In this document: piece by piece, positions 16,314 to 26,014 of the stretch | Position numbering within the stretch: the stretch's first letter is position 1 | How the letters are laid out: each line of letters begins with the position of its first letter | Source: a virus | Lineage: Duplodnaviria; Caudoviricetes | Direction: 5' to 3' (one strand) | Virus record (IMG/VR): IMGVR_UViG_2775506767_000005 | Span: 1 to 64,000 of that record | DNA length: 64,000 nucleotides | Notes under the pieces: model-generated | What the model saw: only the letters and a program-made list of their open reading frames with translations | The model's database searches: none | Told to the model about the DNA's origin: nothing | Made by a program: the position numbers and the translations under genes

Positions 16314-19184
16314 ATGTCGGATTCCTACGGAAAAATAAAAGTCGACGAGATCGAAAATTCAGACGGAACTCTGCTCGATCTAACGACAGCAGTGACGACA
16401 GAAGCGACGACCTCAACGAAGGGCTACTTATCCGCAGCAGACAAGGCCAAGCTCGACGGTATCGAGGCCGGCGCTGAAGTCAATGGGGTGACTTCTGTCA
16501 ACGGCTCGACCGGGGCCGTGACCATTCAGGGCTTCTCTACAGCAAACAATGCCAAGCTCGACGGGATCGAAACAGGGGCTACGGCAGATCAAACTAAAGC
16601 AGATATTGATGCGCTGAACGTTGACGCAGATACCCTTGACGGTCAACACGGCTCTTATTACACAGGCTATGCGGATACAGCAGTTGCAAGCCTTGTAGAT
16701 TCGTCTCCTAGCACTCTTGATACGCTTAATGAGCTTGCCGCGGCACTTGGTGATGACCCTAACTTTGCGACTACGGTAACCAATAGTATTGGCACTAAGT
16801 TACCACTTGCTGGTGGTCAGATGACGGGAAACATAGCGTTTTCCGGGTCACAAACTGTTGATGGTAGAGATTTATCTGCTGATGGTTCTAAACTTGATGG
16901 AATCTCTGCAGGTGCAGAGGTCAACGCAGTCACAAGCGTTAATGGTGCGACGGGTGCCGTCACTGTTCAAGGATTTTCAGGCGATTACGACGACTTGACT
17001 AATAAGCCAGACGGCTCAGGTTCAGGATTAGATGCTGACAAGGTTGATGGTCTTGAAGCAACTAGTTTCTTAAGATCTGATGCTAATGCTACTTATAACG
17101 GTGGTATGCTGACCATCAGGTCAAATAGTAACGTCGGAAATTACTGGGCAACAGGTATAGAATATGACAGTGGATGGAAGCATACAAACGCAAATAGTTG
17201 GGGATTTGCTTTTAGGAATAATGGAACCAATGGTTTGCAAATTAAAGTCGCTTCTGAAGCAGGAACAAACCAAAGTGCTGCAACTTACAGGGTGCTGGAT
17301 ATTGGTGGCGCTACTCAGAGATTAAAATATGACAACTATGATGTTTGGCACGCAGGAAATTCGACCCCCATTGAGAATGCTTTTGGGTCTTCAGCGCCCT
17401 CATCACCTAGTACCGGCGACTTCTGGGTAGACACCACAGACGACCCCCCGGAGCTCAAGTCATACGATGGTACGGCCTGGGTCCCCATGGGCTCCTCAGC
17501 TCCAACCGTTAGCGCTCCAATCATCAACGGCGTCACGCTGGCAGAAGACAACACGTCCGGCGCTCGCTTCACGAGCAAAGGATTTACGGCAACGATCAAC
17601 ATGCTCAACGACGGCGCCCCTATTAGCCAAAAAGCTGTAAAGGGCAAGGTCACCGCAGCATTTGAAACGTTCCCAGCTATGCCCGCTGCGTCCTCCAACA
17701 GCAGCTCGAGTTATGCGAACGGATCTTCTCTTACCGTTCTCAACCGCTGGCAGGTCGACGCCGACGGTGTTCGGATACCAGTCAACGAGCCAGGTCGCAG
17801 AGGCTTTCTGACCCTTTACAGATACGCAGCCAATAATTCGACGGCGCAATCTTTCTACTTCTCCGACGACATGGATATGGAATGGTATAACAGTGGCACC
17901 CTGCTTCTCAGTGATTTCGGAAACCAAACCACGAAGCCGACATACACAAACATCGTACATCCGACTAACAATAACGCGATAACCCTATACAACGCCTACA
18001 CTAAGGACAGGGCTTATGTGATGTACTGGGACGCGAATGGTGCCTTCCAGGTTGCCAATCAATTAGGCGGCCAGGTACTCACTGATCCAGACAATCCGAA
18101 CAGCGAATATTTTCAATGGAGCAGCCAGACTAATGGGAGCATGAAAAGAATGGACAAGTATCCCAGCCCAACTACGACCACCACTTCTAACGGCGCCAAA
18201 AACTCACTCGGTTTGTATAACGTTGATGATACGTTTGCTGTAGGGAATGGCATCATTGTTGCCGCAGGACGCAGCTCGGGTGGTAACAATTATCGACCCA
18301 CTATCTTCACCCGCCCCGTCAACTTCGGCCAAAACTCCGGCCCTACTAGCTACTTTTTCGGGGCATCGTCAAACAGGAACATTAACTTCATTAAGTACGT
18401 GAAGGGCTACTTCTGGCTTGTCGATAATTCAGAATTGTTCCGGTCATCCACGGGAGCACAGAGCAGTTGGACGTCTATTAATACTAGCTATAACGGAAAT
18501 GGTCAAAAGCTTAAGGACATAACAGTCGACCAGAACGGGCACCTGGTCGGCGTGTTCGTCCAAAACAGCAACGGCTCCTCCCGGATGATGAAATCCAATA
18601 ACTTTGGAGCTACCTGGGTCTTGTACGGCAGCCTGTCGAACCCTCCTACGAGCGAATATCAGTCCGTTTTCGTTGCAAACAACAGGATTTACGCCTCGGT
18701 TCACACCCATTCTGCGACGATAAACTGGGCCAAGGTAAACACTCAGACAGTCACAGTCTCATCGACTGGCGGTGATTACAACGAATTCAACGTGGGTGAC
18801 CTTGTCAAGCCTCAAGGCTCAACCGACTCAGGCGACGTCGGCAAGATCGAGTCAATCTCCGGCACAAGTATTGGCCTCGACTCCCAGTATCTCTACCAAG
18901 TGGGAGATGTAATTGAGGCGACCAACTCAACAGGAACCGCCACCGCGACCCGGTATCTCGTGATTAGCGGGACCGGTGCTATCTCGACCCATCAGGCGAG
19001 CGACCCTGGATACGTGACTCTCAACGCTGGCACCTCCCAGACGATCACCTTCCCCGCAACATTCCCGACAGGCGAAACACCTGACGATGAACTGCCCAGC
19101 GGAACGACCATCCAGGTCGACATCCAGGCGACCAACTCCCAGGCCTCCGACACCTATCCATCCAACACCCTCACCCCTTCCTGA
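16314..19184 (+). CDS. Tail fibre / receptor-binding protein 2
   Basis: 956 aa from ATG at 16314. Same N-terminal and C-terminal modules as fibre 1 with a different central domain. Confidence 0.85.
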   Translation: MSDSYGKIKVDEIENSDGTLLDLTTAVTTEATTSTKGYLSAADKAKLDGIEAGAEVNGVTSVNGSTGAVTIQGFSTANNAKLDGIETGATADQTKADIDALNVDADTLDGQHGSYYTGYADTAVASLVDSSPSTLDTLNELAAALGDDPNFATTVTNSIGTKLPLAGGQMTGNIAFSGSQTVDGRDLSADGSKLDGISAGAEVNAVTSVNGATGAVTVQGFSGDYDDLTNKPDGSGSGLDADKVDGLEATSFLRSDANATYNGGMLTIRSNSNVGNYWATGIEYDSGWKHTNANSWGFAFRNNGTNGLQIKVASEAGTNQSAATYRVLDIGGATQRLKYDNYDVWHAGNSTPIENAFGSSAPSSPSTGDFWVDTTDDPPELKSYDGTAWVPMGSSAPTVSAPIINGVTLAEDNTSGARFTSKGFTATINMLNDGAPISQKAVKGKVTAAFETFPAMPAASSNSSSSYANGSSLTVLNRWQVDADGVRIPVNEPGRRGFLTLYRYAANNSTAQSFYFSDDMDMEWYNSGTLLLSDFGNQTTKPTYTNIVHPTNNNAITLYNAYTKDRAYVMYWDANGAFQVANQLGGQVLTDPDNPNSEYFQWSSQTNGSMKRMDKYPSPTTTTTSNGAKNSLGLYNVDDTFAVGNGIIVAAGRSSGGNNYRPTIFTRPVNFGQNSGPTSYFFGASSNRNINFIKYVKGYFWLVDNSELFRSSTGAQSSWTSINTSYNGNGQKLKDITVDQNGHLVGVFVQNSNGSSRMMKSNNFGATWVLYGSLSNPPTSEYQSVFVANNRIYASVHTHSATINWAKVNTQTVTVSSTGGDYNEFNVGDLVKPQGSTDSGDVGKIESISGTSIGLDSQYLYQVGDVIEATNSTGTATATRYLVISGTGAISTHQASDPGYVTLNAGTSQTITFPATFPTGETPDDELPSGTTIQVDIQATNSQASDTYPSNTLTPS

Positions 19185-19186
19185 TC

Positions 19187-19468
19187 ATGAACGAACAACA
19201 GCAAAAAGCAGCGCAGGCTCTATTCGAGACCTACGACCAAAGAGTTCAAGACACGTCCTTAACTGTCGAGGCCGCATGGTCTAACAAGTTGGCAGGCGAG
19301 GCCGTGATCAAGAGACAAGGCCTTCTCCAGGCCTCTGACTGGACACAACTACCAGACGTTCCGGTAGACAAGCCAGCGTGGGCCACCTACAGGCAGGCGC
19401 TAAGGGACATAACGGAACAACAGGACTATCCGTTGCTGATCGACTGGCCAGAGGCTCCCTCCGCCTAG
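19187..19468 (+). CDS. Tail fibre assembly chaperone
   Basis: 'R..LL..SDWTQLPDVPV...WATYRQALRDI..Q..YP..I.WP..P' signature. Confidence 0.9.
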   Translation: MNEQQQKAAQALFETYDQRVQDTSLTVEAAWSNKLAGEAVIKRQGLLQASDWTQLPDVPVDKPAWATYRQALRDITEQQDYPLLIDWPEAPSA

Positions 19469-19476
19469 TAATACCG

Positions 19477-19496
19477 GCCCCTTCGGGGGCTTTTTT
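19477..19496 (+). terminator. Intrinsic terminator
   Basis: GCCCC-TTCG-GGGGC-T6. Confidence 0.85.
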
Positions 19497-19535
19497 GTTG
19501 CCCCTTCGGAACCCTGACGCAGCAGCGGTTCCCGA

Positions 19536-22500
19536 GTGTCTGAAGCAAAGAAACTCGACGCTCGGATGCTCCAGTGGCAGGACCAGTTAAGCGGCCTGAC
19601 TGAGACAAACAGGGAGCAAGTAACACGCACATTGGCGCGTTCAATCAGCGGGACAGTGGCCGATCTGAAAGTTGCCTACAGCAAGTTCAACGCATCAGAA
19701 GGAACGAGCAACCGATACACCATCGAAAGCCAGACGGTGAGATTCAGAGAGCTCACCAAAGCAGCCGAGGGGTTGATAGGCCCAGGAGCGCTAAAGAACA
19801 TCAAGGCGATCTATGAAAACGATCTAAACGACGCCTACTCGCTCGGGACGTCTGCAAGCAGAGATCTCACCAAGATCGTTGATGGCGCGGACACAAGCGC
19901 ACAAGCAATGATCTCGAAGATGCCTGTAGCTGCGCAGGCAGCAGCAGGTCAGAACTTGATGCAGTTCTGGGACAAAGAAAAAGCAGCCTTAACCAACAAA
20001 GTCAGAGAAGCGACCCTCTCCGCATTGCAGCGCGGCAAAGGATGGGCATCAGCTCAAAAAGACATCGCACAGGCCCTTCGCTCAAGTGGCCAGACAATCC
20101 TGAGGGGTAGAGACGAGCTCAGCGTCACGGCCCGCGGCGGAATCGTGATGAACCTCGAGCAGCGGGCTGATCTGATCGCAAAGACGGAGATGGCTAACGC
20201 TTACATCCAGGGCCAGATATCGCAGTACAAACAAAACGGATACACACACGGCAGATGGTCGGCCACGGGTGAAAGAACTTGCCCGTTTTGTGTGAGTCGT
20301 GAGGGCAACATCTATACCCTCGACGAGCTCGAAGGCGCGATCCCTGCGCATCCTCGCTGTCGTTGCACGATCGCCCCTGTCCTTGAGGAGAACGTCAAGA
20401 ACGTCCAGAACGCAAGGGACCAGGGAGCGTCGGCGGCCCTGAACCTTGACGACGCTGGATGGACGGCAATACGTCAACAACGATTCAACGAATACCAGAA
20501 GTTCACCGGCAAGCCATTAGCTGATCCATCTAGGTGGATGAATGCGCCTACCAGTCGCCAAAAATTTCTAAACCCCAGGGCACAAGGAGACAAGCCCGCG
20601 TGGATGCCGTCGGGGAATGTTGTGCCAAACCTCGAGGGCGCACAGGCCGCCGCGATCAGAGCAAAGGATCTCGAGGCCGCTTCGAAAGAAGACCAGAAGG
20701 ATCTGGATGCACAGAACAAAGAGATCGAAAAGCAGAAGCAAGCCGCGAAGCTGGTGAAAGAGCGCAAGGGCGAGGAGTTCACCTTTAAGCGCTTTAGCGA
20801 CGCTACCGGCGACGAACCAGGTCCGGACACGAACTGGACTTCCGAGAGGCAGAAGCTGCACGACAAAATTGTTCAGAACTTCCTGAAGGACGGCAAGAAA
20901 AGCGCGACTCCAACTTTCACCATGTCTGGCGGCGGCCCGGCTTCAGGGAAGGGCTTCATGCTGAAGAAGACCGGCCTAGATCAACCCGGCAAGGTAGTGA
21001 TTGATGCCGATGAGATCAAAAAGCTCATCCCTGAGTACGCCAAAGCCCAGAAGAAAGGCGGCGATGCACAGCAAGCTGCGGCGGGCGTTGTTCACGAGGA
21101 GTCGAGCTATCTCGCCAAGCGAATCATGGGCGAAGCTTCCAAGCGTGGTTTTGACATCGTTCTCGACGGCACTGGAGATAGCGGCATCAAGTCGCTAACC
21201 AAAAAGGTTCAGAAGATGCGCGATGAGGGGTATCGAGTTGAGGGGAAATATGTCAGCGCAGATACGGAGACCGCTGCACAGCGCAACTGGGATCGCTTCC
21301 TCAAAACTGGCCGGCTCCCACCCGAGTGGATGCTCCGCAATGTTCACGCCGACGTCTCGCGCACTTTGCCTAAGGCAATGCAGGACGGCCTGTTCGATGA
21401 GATCGAGCTTTATGACACGAACAAGTCAGGGGAGCTGCGCAAGGTAGCCAGCCAGAAGGGCAAAAATAATCCAAAGATCCACGACAGCAAACTTTGGGAC
21501 GACTTCAAGCGCAAGGGTGAGGCTGGACTTGTCACAAAAGAGCAGGGCGAGCGGCTAATCGAAGCCCGCAAACTGAAGGTGGACGTTAAAGCCAAGAGCA
21601 GCCACGGCAAGCACAGCAATGCTCGCGCCGAAGGGGCCGAGCCTGGCCCCGATACCGTGTGGACCCTTGACCGCCAGAAGCTCCATAAGGAGATTGTCGA
21701 CAAGTTCCTCGCCAACGGTGCCAAGTCGGCTAACCCGACGTTCACCATGAGCGGAGGCGGCCCCGCTTCAGGTAAAGGCTTCATGCTGAAAGCCACTGGA
21801 CTCGACAAGCCCGGAAAGGTCGTTATTGACGCAGACGAGATCAAAAAGCTGATTCCCGAGTATGCGGATGCCCAGAAGAAAGGTGGCAAAGCCCAACAGC
21901 AGGCAGCCGGATATGTCCACGAAGAATCGAGCTACCTGGCCAAGCGGATCATGGCCGAAGCTGCGAAGCGCAGTTATGACGTCGTACTTGATGGCACAGG
22001 CGATAGCGGGATCAATTCGCTATCCAAAAAAGTGCAAAAAATGCGTGACCAGGGCTATCGCGTTGAGGCGAAATACGTCAGTGCTGACACCGAGCTGGCT
22101 GCGCAAAGGAATTGGGATCGCTTCCTGAAAACAGGACGCCTACCGCCCGAGTGGATGCTTCGGAACGTTCATGCCGATGTGTCTCGGACACTTCCCGAGG
22201 CAATGAAGAAAGGCCTATTCGACGCGGTGGAGCTGTTTGACACCAATCTGAGCGGCCAACTGCGCAAGGTCGTCAGCCAGAAAGGCAAAAGCAAGCCCGA
22301 GATTCTCGACAAGCAGTTATGGAACGACTTCCAGAACAAGGGAAAAGCCAAGCAGGTCACGCCCGAGGAAGGCGAGGCAATGATCGCCAAGCGAAAGGCC
22401 GAGACCGAGGACCTCTCAAAGACAAGATCTGCAGGCACAGGCAAAACACCCGCAAAGACAAAGCCTTCCCCCACTAAGGCAAAGGAGAGCGACATGGTTG

Positions 22501-24740
22501 ACCGGGCGACGCGAATGAAGACCAGCGACGTCTTGGCTGATCCCTCCCGCTTCCAGTACAAGGTCAACTCGAACAGCAAGACAGGGGAGGTCGGCTCACT
22601 GTCCGGGGTCAAGACTTGGAACGAGGATTTGGCAGGCGTTCTTTCGGTCTGGAAGGACCCGGCCAACGGGAAGACCTACGTCATCAACGGACACAACAGG
22701 CTTGCGCTAGCAAAGAAGCTCGGCGCCAAAGAGCTCCCCGTTGTTGTCATTAACGCCAAAGACGCCAAGGCGGCAAGGTCGATCGGCGCGAAACAAAACA
22801 TCGCGAACGGTGATGGAACCGCAATTGATGCGGCCAAGTTCATGCGCGACACCAACACAACAGCGCGAAGCCTGAAGGCCCAGGGCCTGAATTTGAAAGG
22901 ATCTATCGCTTCAGATGGCGCTGCCCTGGCGAACCTGCCCGACCATATTTTTAGGGCCGCTCTTGAGGGCCGGCTGTCGATCAGTCGAGCAGCCGCAATT
23001 GGTCGAAGTGGCCTGTCATCCGGGCAGATGAACAGCGCTTACAACGTGTTGAAGACAAAGCCTTCGATGTCTGTGGGCACTCTCGACGAGGTGCTTTCGA
23101 ATGCCAGAGCTTCAGTAACACGCACCACAAGCGAAGAGACACTGTTCGGGACAACTACTACTCAGACTTCGACCCTGGTCGAGCGGGCCGATTTGGCCGC
23201 GAAGTTAAAGGCTGATATGGGCAAAGAGGTGAGGATCCTCGACAAGGCTGCAGGCCGTGCCGATGTATTGAACAGCAAAGGAAACCGGATTGATGCGGGC
23301 AAGGCTCAGGTGAAGGCGGCTGAAGCGCAGGCACGCCTCGAGGTTTTTGAGCTGACAAAAAACAGTCAGGGTTCGAACCTGAACAAGACGCTGAACGAGG
23401 CCGCTTCTGCAATCCAGGATGCCGGTGGACGCTCGGCCAAGGCTCAGGCCACCAAGACCGGGAGAACAGCCGTCGATCAGGCCCTCGACGCAGAAATTGC
23501 AGCAATGAAGAAAAACAGCAGCGGCTTACTTCGAAGCATCGCTGACCTCAAAGCCGTGGAGGCCGGCAAGGTCGCCCGCCCGCCCGAGCTCGCACTTGCT
23601 GCGGAAGCTCCAGACTTGACTATCGACAAACGGCCCACGCGGTTGCTCGATCCGAAGACTGCGAAGGCAGGGTCAATCGGAGCTTTAAGGGTTAATCAAA
23701 TCAAAGCCGACCCGAAGCGCTTCCAATACAAAGCCGCAACCGTCGCCGCCACTGGTGAGGTGGGTTCACTCGATGGAGTCCAGCGGTTCGACCCCAATCT
23801 CGCCGGAGTTATCAGCGTGTGGAAGGACCCAGCCAATGGGCAGACATACGTTATCAACGGCCACAACCGCCTAGCCGCGGCGAAGCGATTAGGGGCCGAC
23901 GATATCGCTGTCAGATATCTCAAAGCCGACAGGGCTGAGGATGCACGCTCTATCGGAGCACTGGCCAACATTGCCGAGGGCCACGGAACGGCGCTTGACG
24001 CCGCGAAGTTCATGAGAGCTAAGGGCTACTCCGGCACTGACATGAGGGCGCGGGGAATTGCCATGAAAAAAGATGTTGCCCGTGATGGCGCCGCTCTGGC
24101 CAACCTCCCCGAAGAAATCTTTGGGGATGTGGTGAACGAGAACATCTCAATAGAGAAAGCGTCTGCAATTGGATCCGGCGGACTGGACCGAAAGGGGATG
24201 GAGGCCGTCTACAGAAATCTGAGAACCCGGCCGGCGGCATCCGTGAAAACGGTGACCGAGCTTGTCGCGGCTGAAAAGATGTCGATGGAGATGGGGAGCA
24301 CCGGCTCGCTATTTGCTGAATCCGCCGATGATCTGGCCTATCAGATGAACCGGGCCGACTTGACCGGCAAGGTTCGCGACGACTTGTTAAAAGAAAAATC
24401 ACTCTTTAAGGCGGTAAGCACAAGCCGGGCGGCTCGTGATCTTGAGAAGGCAGGCTCGACTCTTGACCTGGCAGCCAACAGCAAGGCTGCGGCTCAGGCC
24501 GAGACGATCCTTTCCGTGTTTGATCAACTGAAAAACAGCAGCGGCCCTGTGGCCTCCGCCCTTAGCAGTGGCGCCCGAGATCTCGCTGTCGCCAAAACTG
24601 CTGCTGAGAAGAATGTTGTCCGCCGCAGAGTGATGGATGACATCTCTAAGGCCGTCGATCAGGAACTTGGCGGAAACCTCGGCAGTGTGGAAGAACCACC
24701 TTCGGAGGCTCCCGGCCAGGAATCCCTGTTCGGGTTTTAA
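19536..24740 (+). CDS. MuF (SPP1 gp7/Mu gpF) head protein fused to 2x Zeta-toxin-like P-loop kinase and 2x ParB-like domains
   Basis: MuF: 'W.ATGERTCPFC...G.IY....IPAHPRCRC'. Two copies of 'GGGPASGKG..IDADEIK..IPEY..VHEESS..V.DGT'. Two copies of 'ADP.RFQYK...GEVGSL.GV...YVINGHNRLA.AK.LG'. Box at 19508. Confidence 0.85.
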   Translation: MSEAKKLDARMLQWQDQLSGLTETNREQVTRTLARSISGTVADLKVAYSKFNASEGTSNRYTIESQTVRFRELTKAAEGLIGPGALKNIKAIYENDLNDAYSLGTSASRDLTKIVDGADTSAQAMISKMPVAAQAAAGQNLMQFWDKEKAALTNKVREATLSALQRGKGWASAQKDIAQALRSSGQTILRGRDELSVTARGGIVMNLEQRADLIAKTEMANAYIQGQISQYKQNGYTHGRWSATGERTCPFCVSREGNIYTLDELEGAIPAHPRCRCTIAPVLEENVKNVQNARDQGASAALNLDDAGWTAIRQQRFNEYQKFTGKPLADPSRWMNAPTSRQKFLNPRAQGDKPAWMPSGNVVPNLEGAQAAAIRAKDLEAASKEDQKDLDAQNKEIEKQKQAAKLVKERKGEEFTFKRFSDATGDEPGPDTNWTSERQKLHDKIVQNFLKDGKKSATPTFTMSGGGPASGKGFMLKKTGLDQPGKVVIDADEIKKLIPEYAKAQKKGGDAQQAAAGVVHEESSYLAKRIMGEASKRGFDIVLDGTGDSGIKSLTKKVQKMRDEGYRVEGKYVSADTETAAQRNWDRFLKTGRLPPEWMLRNVHADVSRTLPKAMQDGLFDEIELYDTNKSGELRKVASQKGKNNPKIHDSKLWDDFKRKGEAGLVTKEQGERLIEARKLKVDVKAKSSHGKHSNARAEGAEPGPDTVWTLDRQKLHKEIVDKFLANGAKSANPTFTMSGGGPASGKGFMLKATGLDKPGKVVIDADEIKKLIPEYADAQKKGGKAQQQAAGYVHEESSYLAKRIMAEAAKRSYDVVLDGTGDSGINSLSKKVQKMRDQGYRVEAKYVSADTELAAQRNWDRFLKTGRLPPEWMLRNVHADVSRTLPEAMKKGLFDAVELFDTNLSGQLRKVVSQKGKSKPEILDKQLWNDFQNKGKAKQVTPEEGEAMIAKRKAETEDLSKTRSAGTGKTPAKTKPSPTKAKESDMVDRATRMKTSDVLADPSRFQYKVNSNSKTGEVGSLSGVKTWNEDLAGVLSVWKDPANGKTYVINGHNRLALAKKLGAKELPVVVINAKDAKAARSIGAKQNIANGDGTAIDAAKFMRDTNTTARSLKAQGLNLKGSIASDGAALANLPDHIFRAALEGRLSISRAAAIGRSGLSSGQMNSAYNVLKTKPSMSVGTLDEVLSNARASVTRTTSEETLFGTTTTQTSTLVERADLAAKLKADMGKEVRILDKAAGRADVLNSKGNRIDAGKAQVKAAEAQARLEVFELTKNSQGSNLNKTLNEAASAIQDAGGRSAKAQATKTGRTAVDQALDAEIAAMKKNSSGLLRSIADLKAVEAGKVARPPELALAAEAPDLTIDKRPTRLLDPKTAKAGSIGALRVNQIKADPKRFQYKAATVAATGEVGSLDGVQRFDPNLAGVISVWKDPANGQTYVINGHNRLAAAKRLGADDIAVRYLKADRAEDARSIGALANIAEGHGTALDAAKFMRAKGYSGTDMRARGIAMKKDVARDGAALANLPEEIFGDVVNENISIEKASAIGSGGLDRKGMEAVYRNLRTRPAASVKTVTELVAAEKMSMEMGSTGSLFAESADDLAYQMNRADLTGKVRDDLLKEKSLFKAVSTSRAARDLEKAGSTLDLAANSKAAAQAETILSVFDQLKNSSGPVASALSSGARDLAVAKTAAEKNVVRRRVMDDISKAVDQELGGNLGSVEEPPSEAPGQESLFGF

Positions 24741-24755
24741 AAAGTAAACTGAACC

Positions 24756-24995
24756 ATGATCGATCTCAGTAATCAAGCGATTCGCGAAAGTTTCGATGCC
24801 ATGCTCGAAGCCGTGTCAGAAGTGATTTCACCGGAGGAGCTAGTGATCTGGCATCACCGGATCGAAAACTGTGACAACCTCAGCCAGGCTGCAGAGGTGA
24901 CCACCCAGATGATCGGCCGGCCGATGTCAGACGAGGAGCGACAGGAGGCTGACGAGGTCCGCCAGTCGCTAATCCTGTACGGAGAGGATCTTTGA
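24756..24995 (+). CDS. Small acidic protein (candidate immunity/antitoxin)
   Basis: 79 aa, D/E-rich and helical, 15 nt after the MuF fusion. Confidence 0.6.
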   Translation: MIDLSNQAIRESFDAMLEAVSEVISPEELVIWHHRIENCDNLSQAAEVTTQMIGRPMSDEERQEADEVRQSLILYGEDL

Positions 24996-25022
24996 TGAGG
25001 GCCGTTAGTACCGGTTCGAACC

Positions 25023-25051
25023 TTGACAGGTCCGGTCCGGAAAGGTAAGTT
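25023..25051 (+). promoter_or_regulatory. Sigma70-type promoter
   Basis: TTGACA-17 bp-TAAGTT, followed by an AGGAGG RBS before ATG at 25081. Confidence 0.65.
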
Positions 25052-25080
25052 ATGCACGACGCCCTCAGGAGGCAAAACCA

Positions 25081-25281
25081 ATGGCTCTCTATGCCGACGA
25101 GATGGAGAAGATTGTCACCCAAGTAGCTCGCGGTGAAGAGCCACAGGTCCGCGAATCGAAAGATGCGGCGGAATTCCGTGAGGGGGTCACCAACGAAATC
25201 GAAGAAGCCCGCAAGATCGCAGAAGAGCGCGGCCTCGACTTCATGGTCGAGATCATTAACGAGACTCCAGAGATGTGGTGA
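25081..25281 (+). CDS. Small acidic protein (candidate immunity/antitoxin)
   Basis: 66 aa, E-rich, with a strong RBS and its own promoter. Confidence 0.7.
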   Translation: MALYADEMEKIVTQVARGEEPQVRESKDAAEFREGVTNEIEEARKIAEERGLDFMVEIINETPEMW

Positions 25282-25352
25282 TTGGCCTGAGAAGTCAATG
25301 CCTGAGTGAGCTTTTCATCTGACGGAACACTCAGGCAGTACCAAACTGACCA

Positions 25353-25598
25353 GTGACTCAGTCCGTAAACATCCTGCGAATCGTTTTTAATTCCGGCCGA
25401 GTCGTCGAAGAGCGTGGCGGAGAGGACATGATCATTGCTCTGTTTGCGCGAGACATTGAGGGCTTGATCGATTACATCATGGCTATCGATATGAGTGATG
25501 GGAAAGTGAATATCTACTGCGACGAAGACGACCAGCGATTTAATAACACTGAGGTCTTGATGTCGACGGATGTCCTCAGGTGGAACCGCCGGAGCTGA
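25353..25598 (+). CDS. Hypothetical acidic protein
   Basis: 81 aa. GGAACACT box at 25324. Confidence 0.55.
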   Translation: MTQSVNILRIVFNSGRVVEERGGEDMIIALFARDIEGLIDYIMAIDMSDGKVNIYCDEDDQRFNNTEVLMSTDVLRWNRRS

Positions 25599-25731
25599 TT
25601 GTTACGAAACGCGACAAGCTGGGGTAGAATGAAGCGCAGATGGTCCTCTTCGGGCATAATGAGCGCAGATCAGTTGAGCATCTCTTCGAGCTCCTGGTCG
25701 AAATCAATTCGTCCATCTACAGATTTTTCTC

Positions 25732-25923
25732 ATGGCTACAGCCACCTGCATTGCAGCGACCCTGCTCGCTGTCCTATCGGTCCCATTTGCTGTTGTTCTC
25801 TGGCTAACCGAGAGCAAGTATCAGAAGGCGCGTCGCTGGCACAAGGCCGGCGCGACCTACAAGTTGATCGGAGAGCGTCTCGGATGTCACGCAACGACTG
25901 CTAAGCGCTGGAGCCTTGCTTAA
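25732..25923 (+). CDS. Membrane-anchored helix-turn-helix protein
   Basis: N-terminal TM helix followed by the HTH 'G.TYKLIGERLGCHATTAKRW'. Confidence 0.65.
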   Translation: MATATCIAATLLAVLSVPFAVVLWLTESKYQKARRWHKAGATYKLIGERLGCHATTAKRWSLA

Positions 25924-26014
25924 CTGCTCTGAAGGGGCAACGGTTGCAAGCGATCCGGGTAGAATGACTTATCAGCATTAGAACCTTGATCATCTTCGTC
26001 TTGCAGAACTTGAT

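Noticed and set aside
13307-19184. Diversity-generating retroelement or invertible shufflon at the paired fibres
   Set aside because: No reverse transcriptase or invertase is in the window, there is no adenine-specific TR/VR pair, and both genes are complete direct-orientation paralogs.
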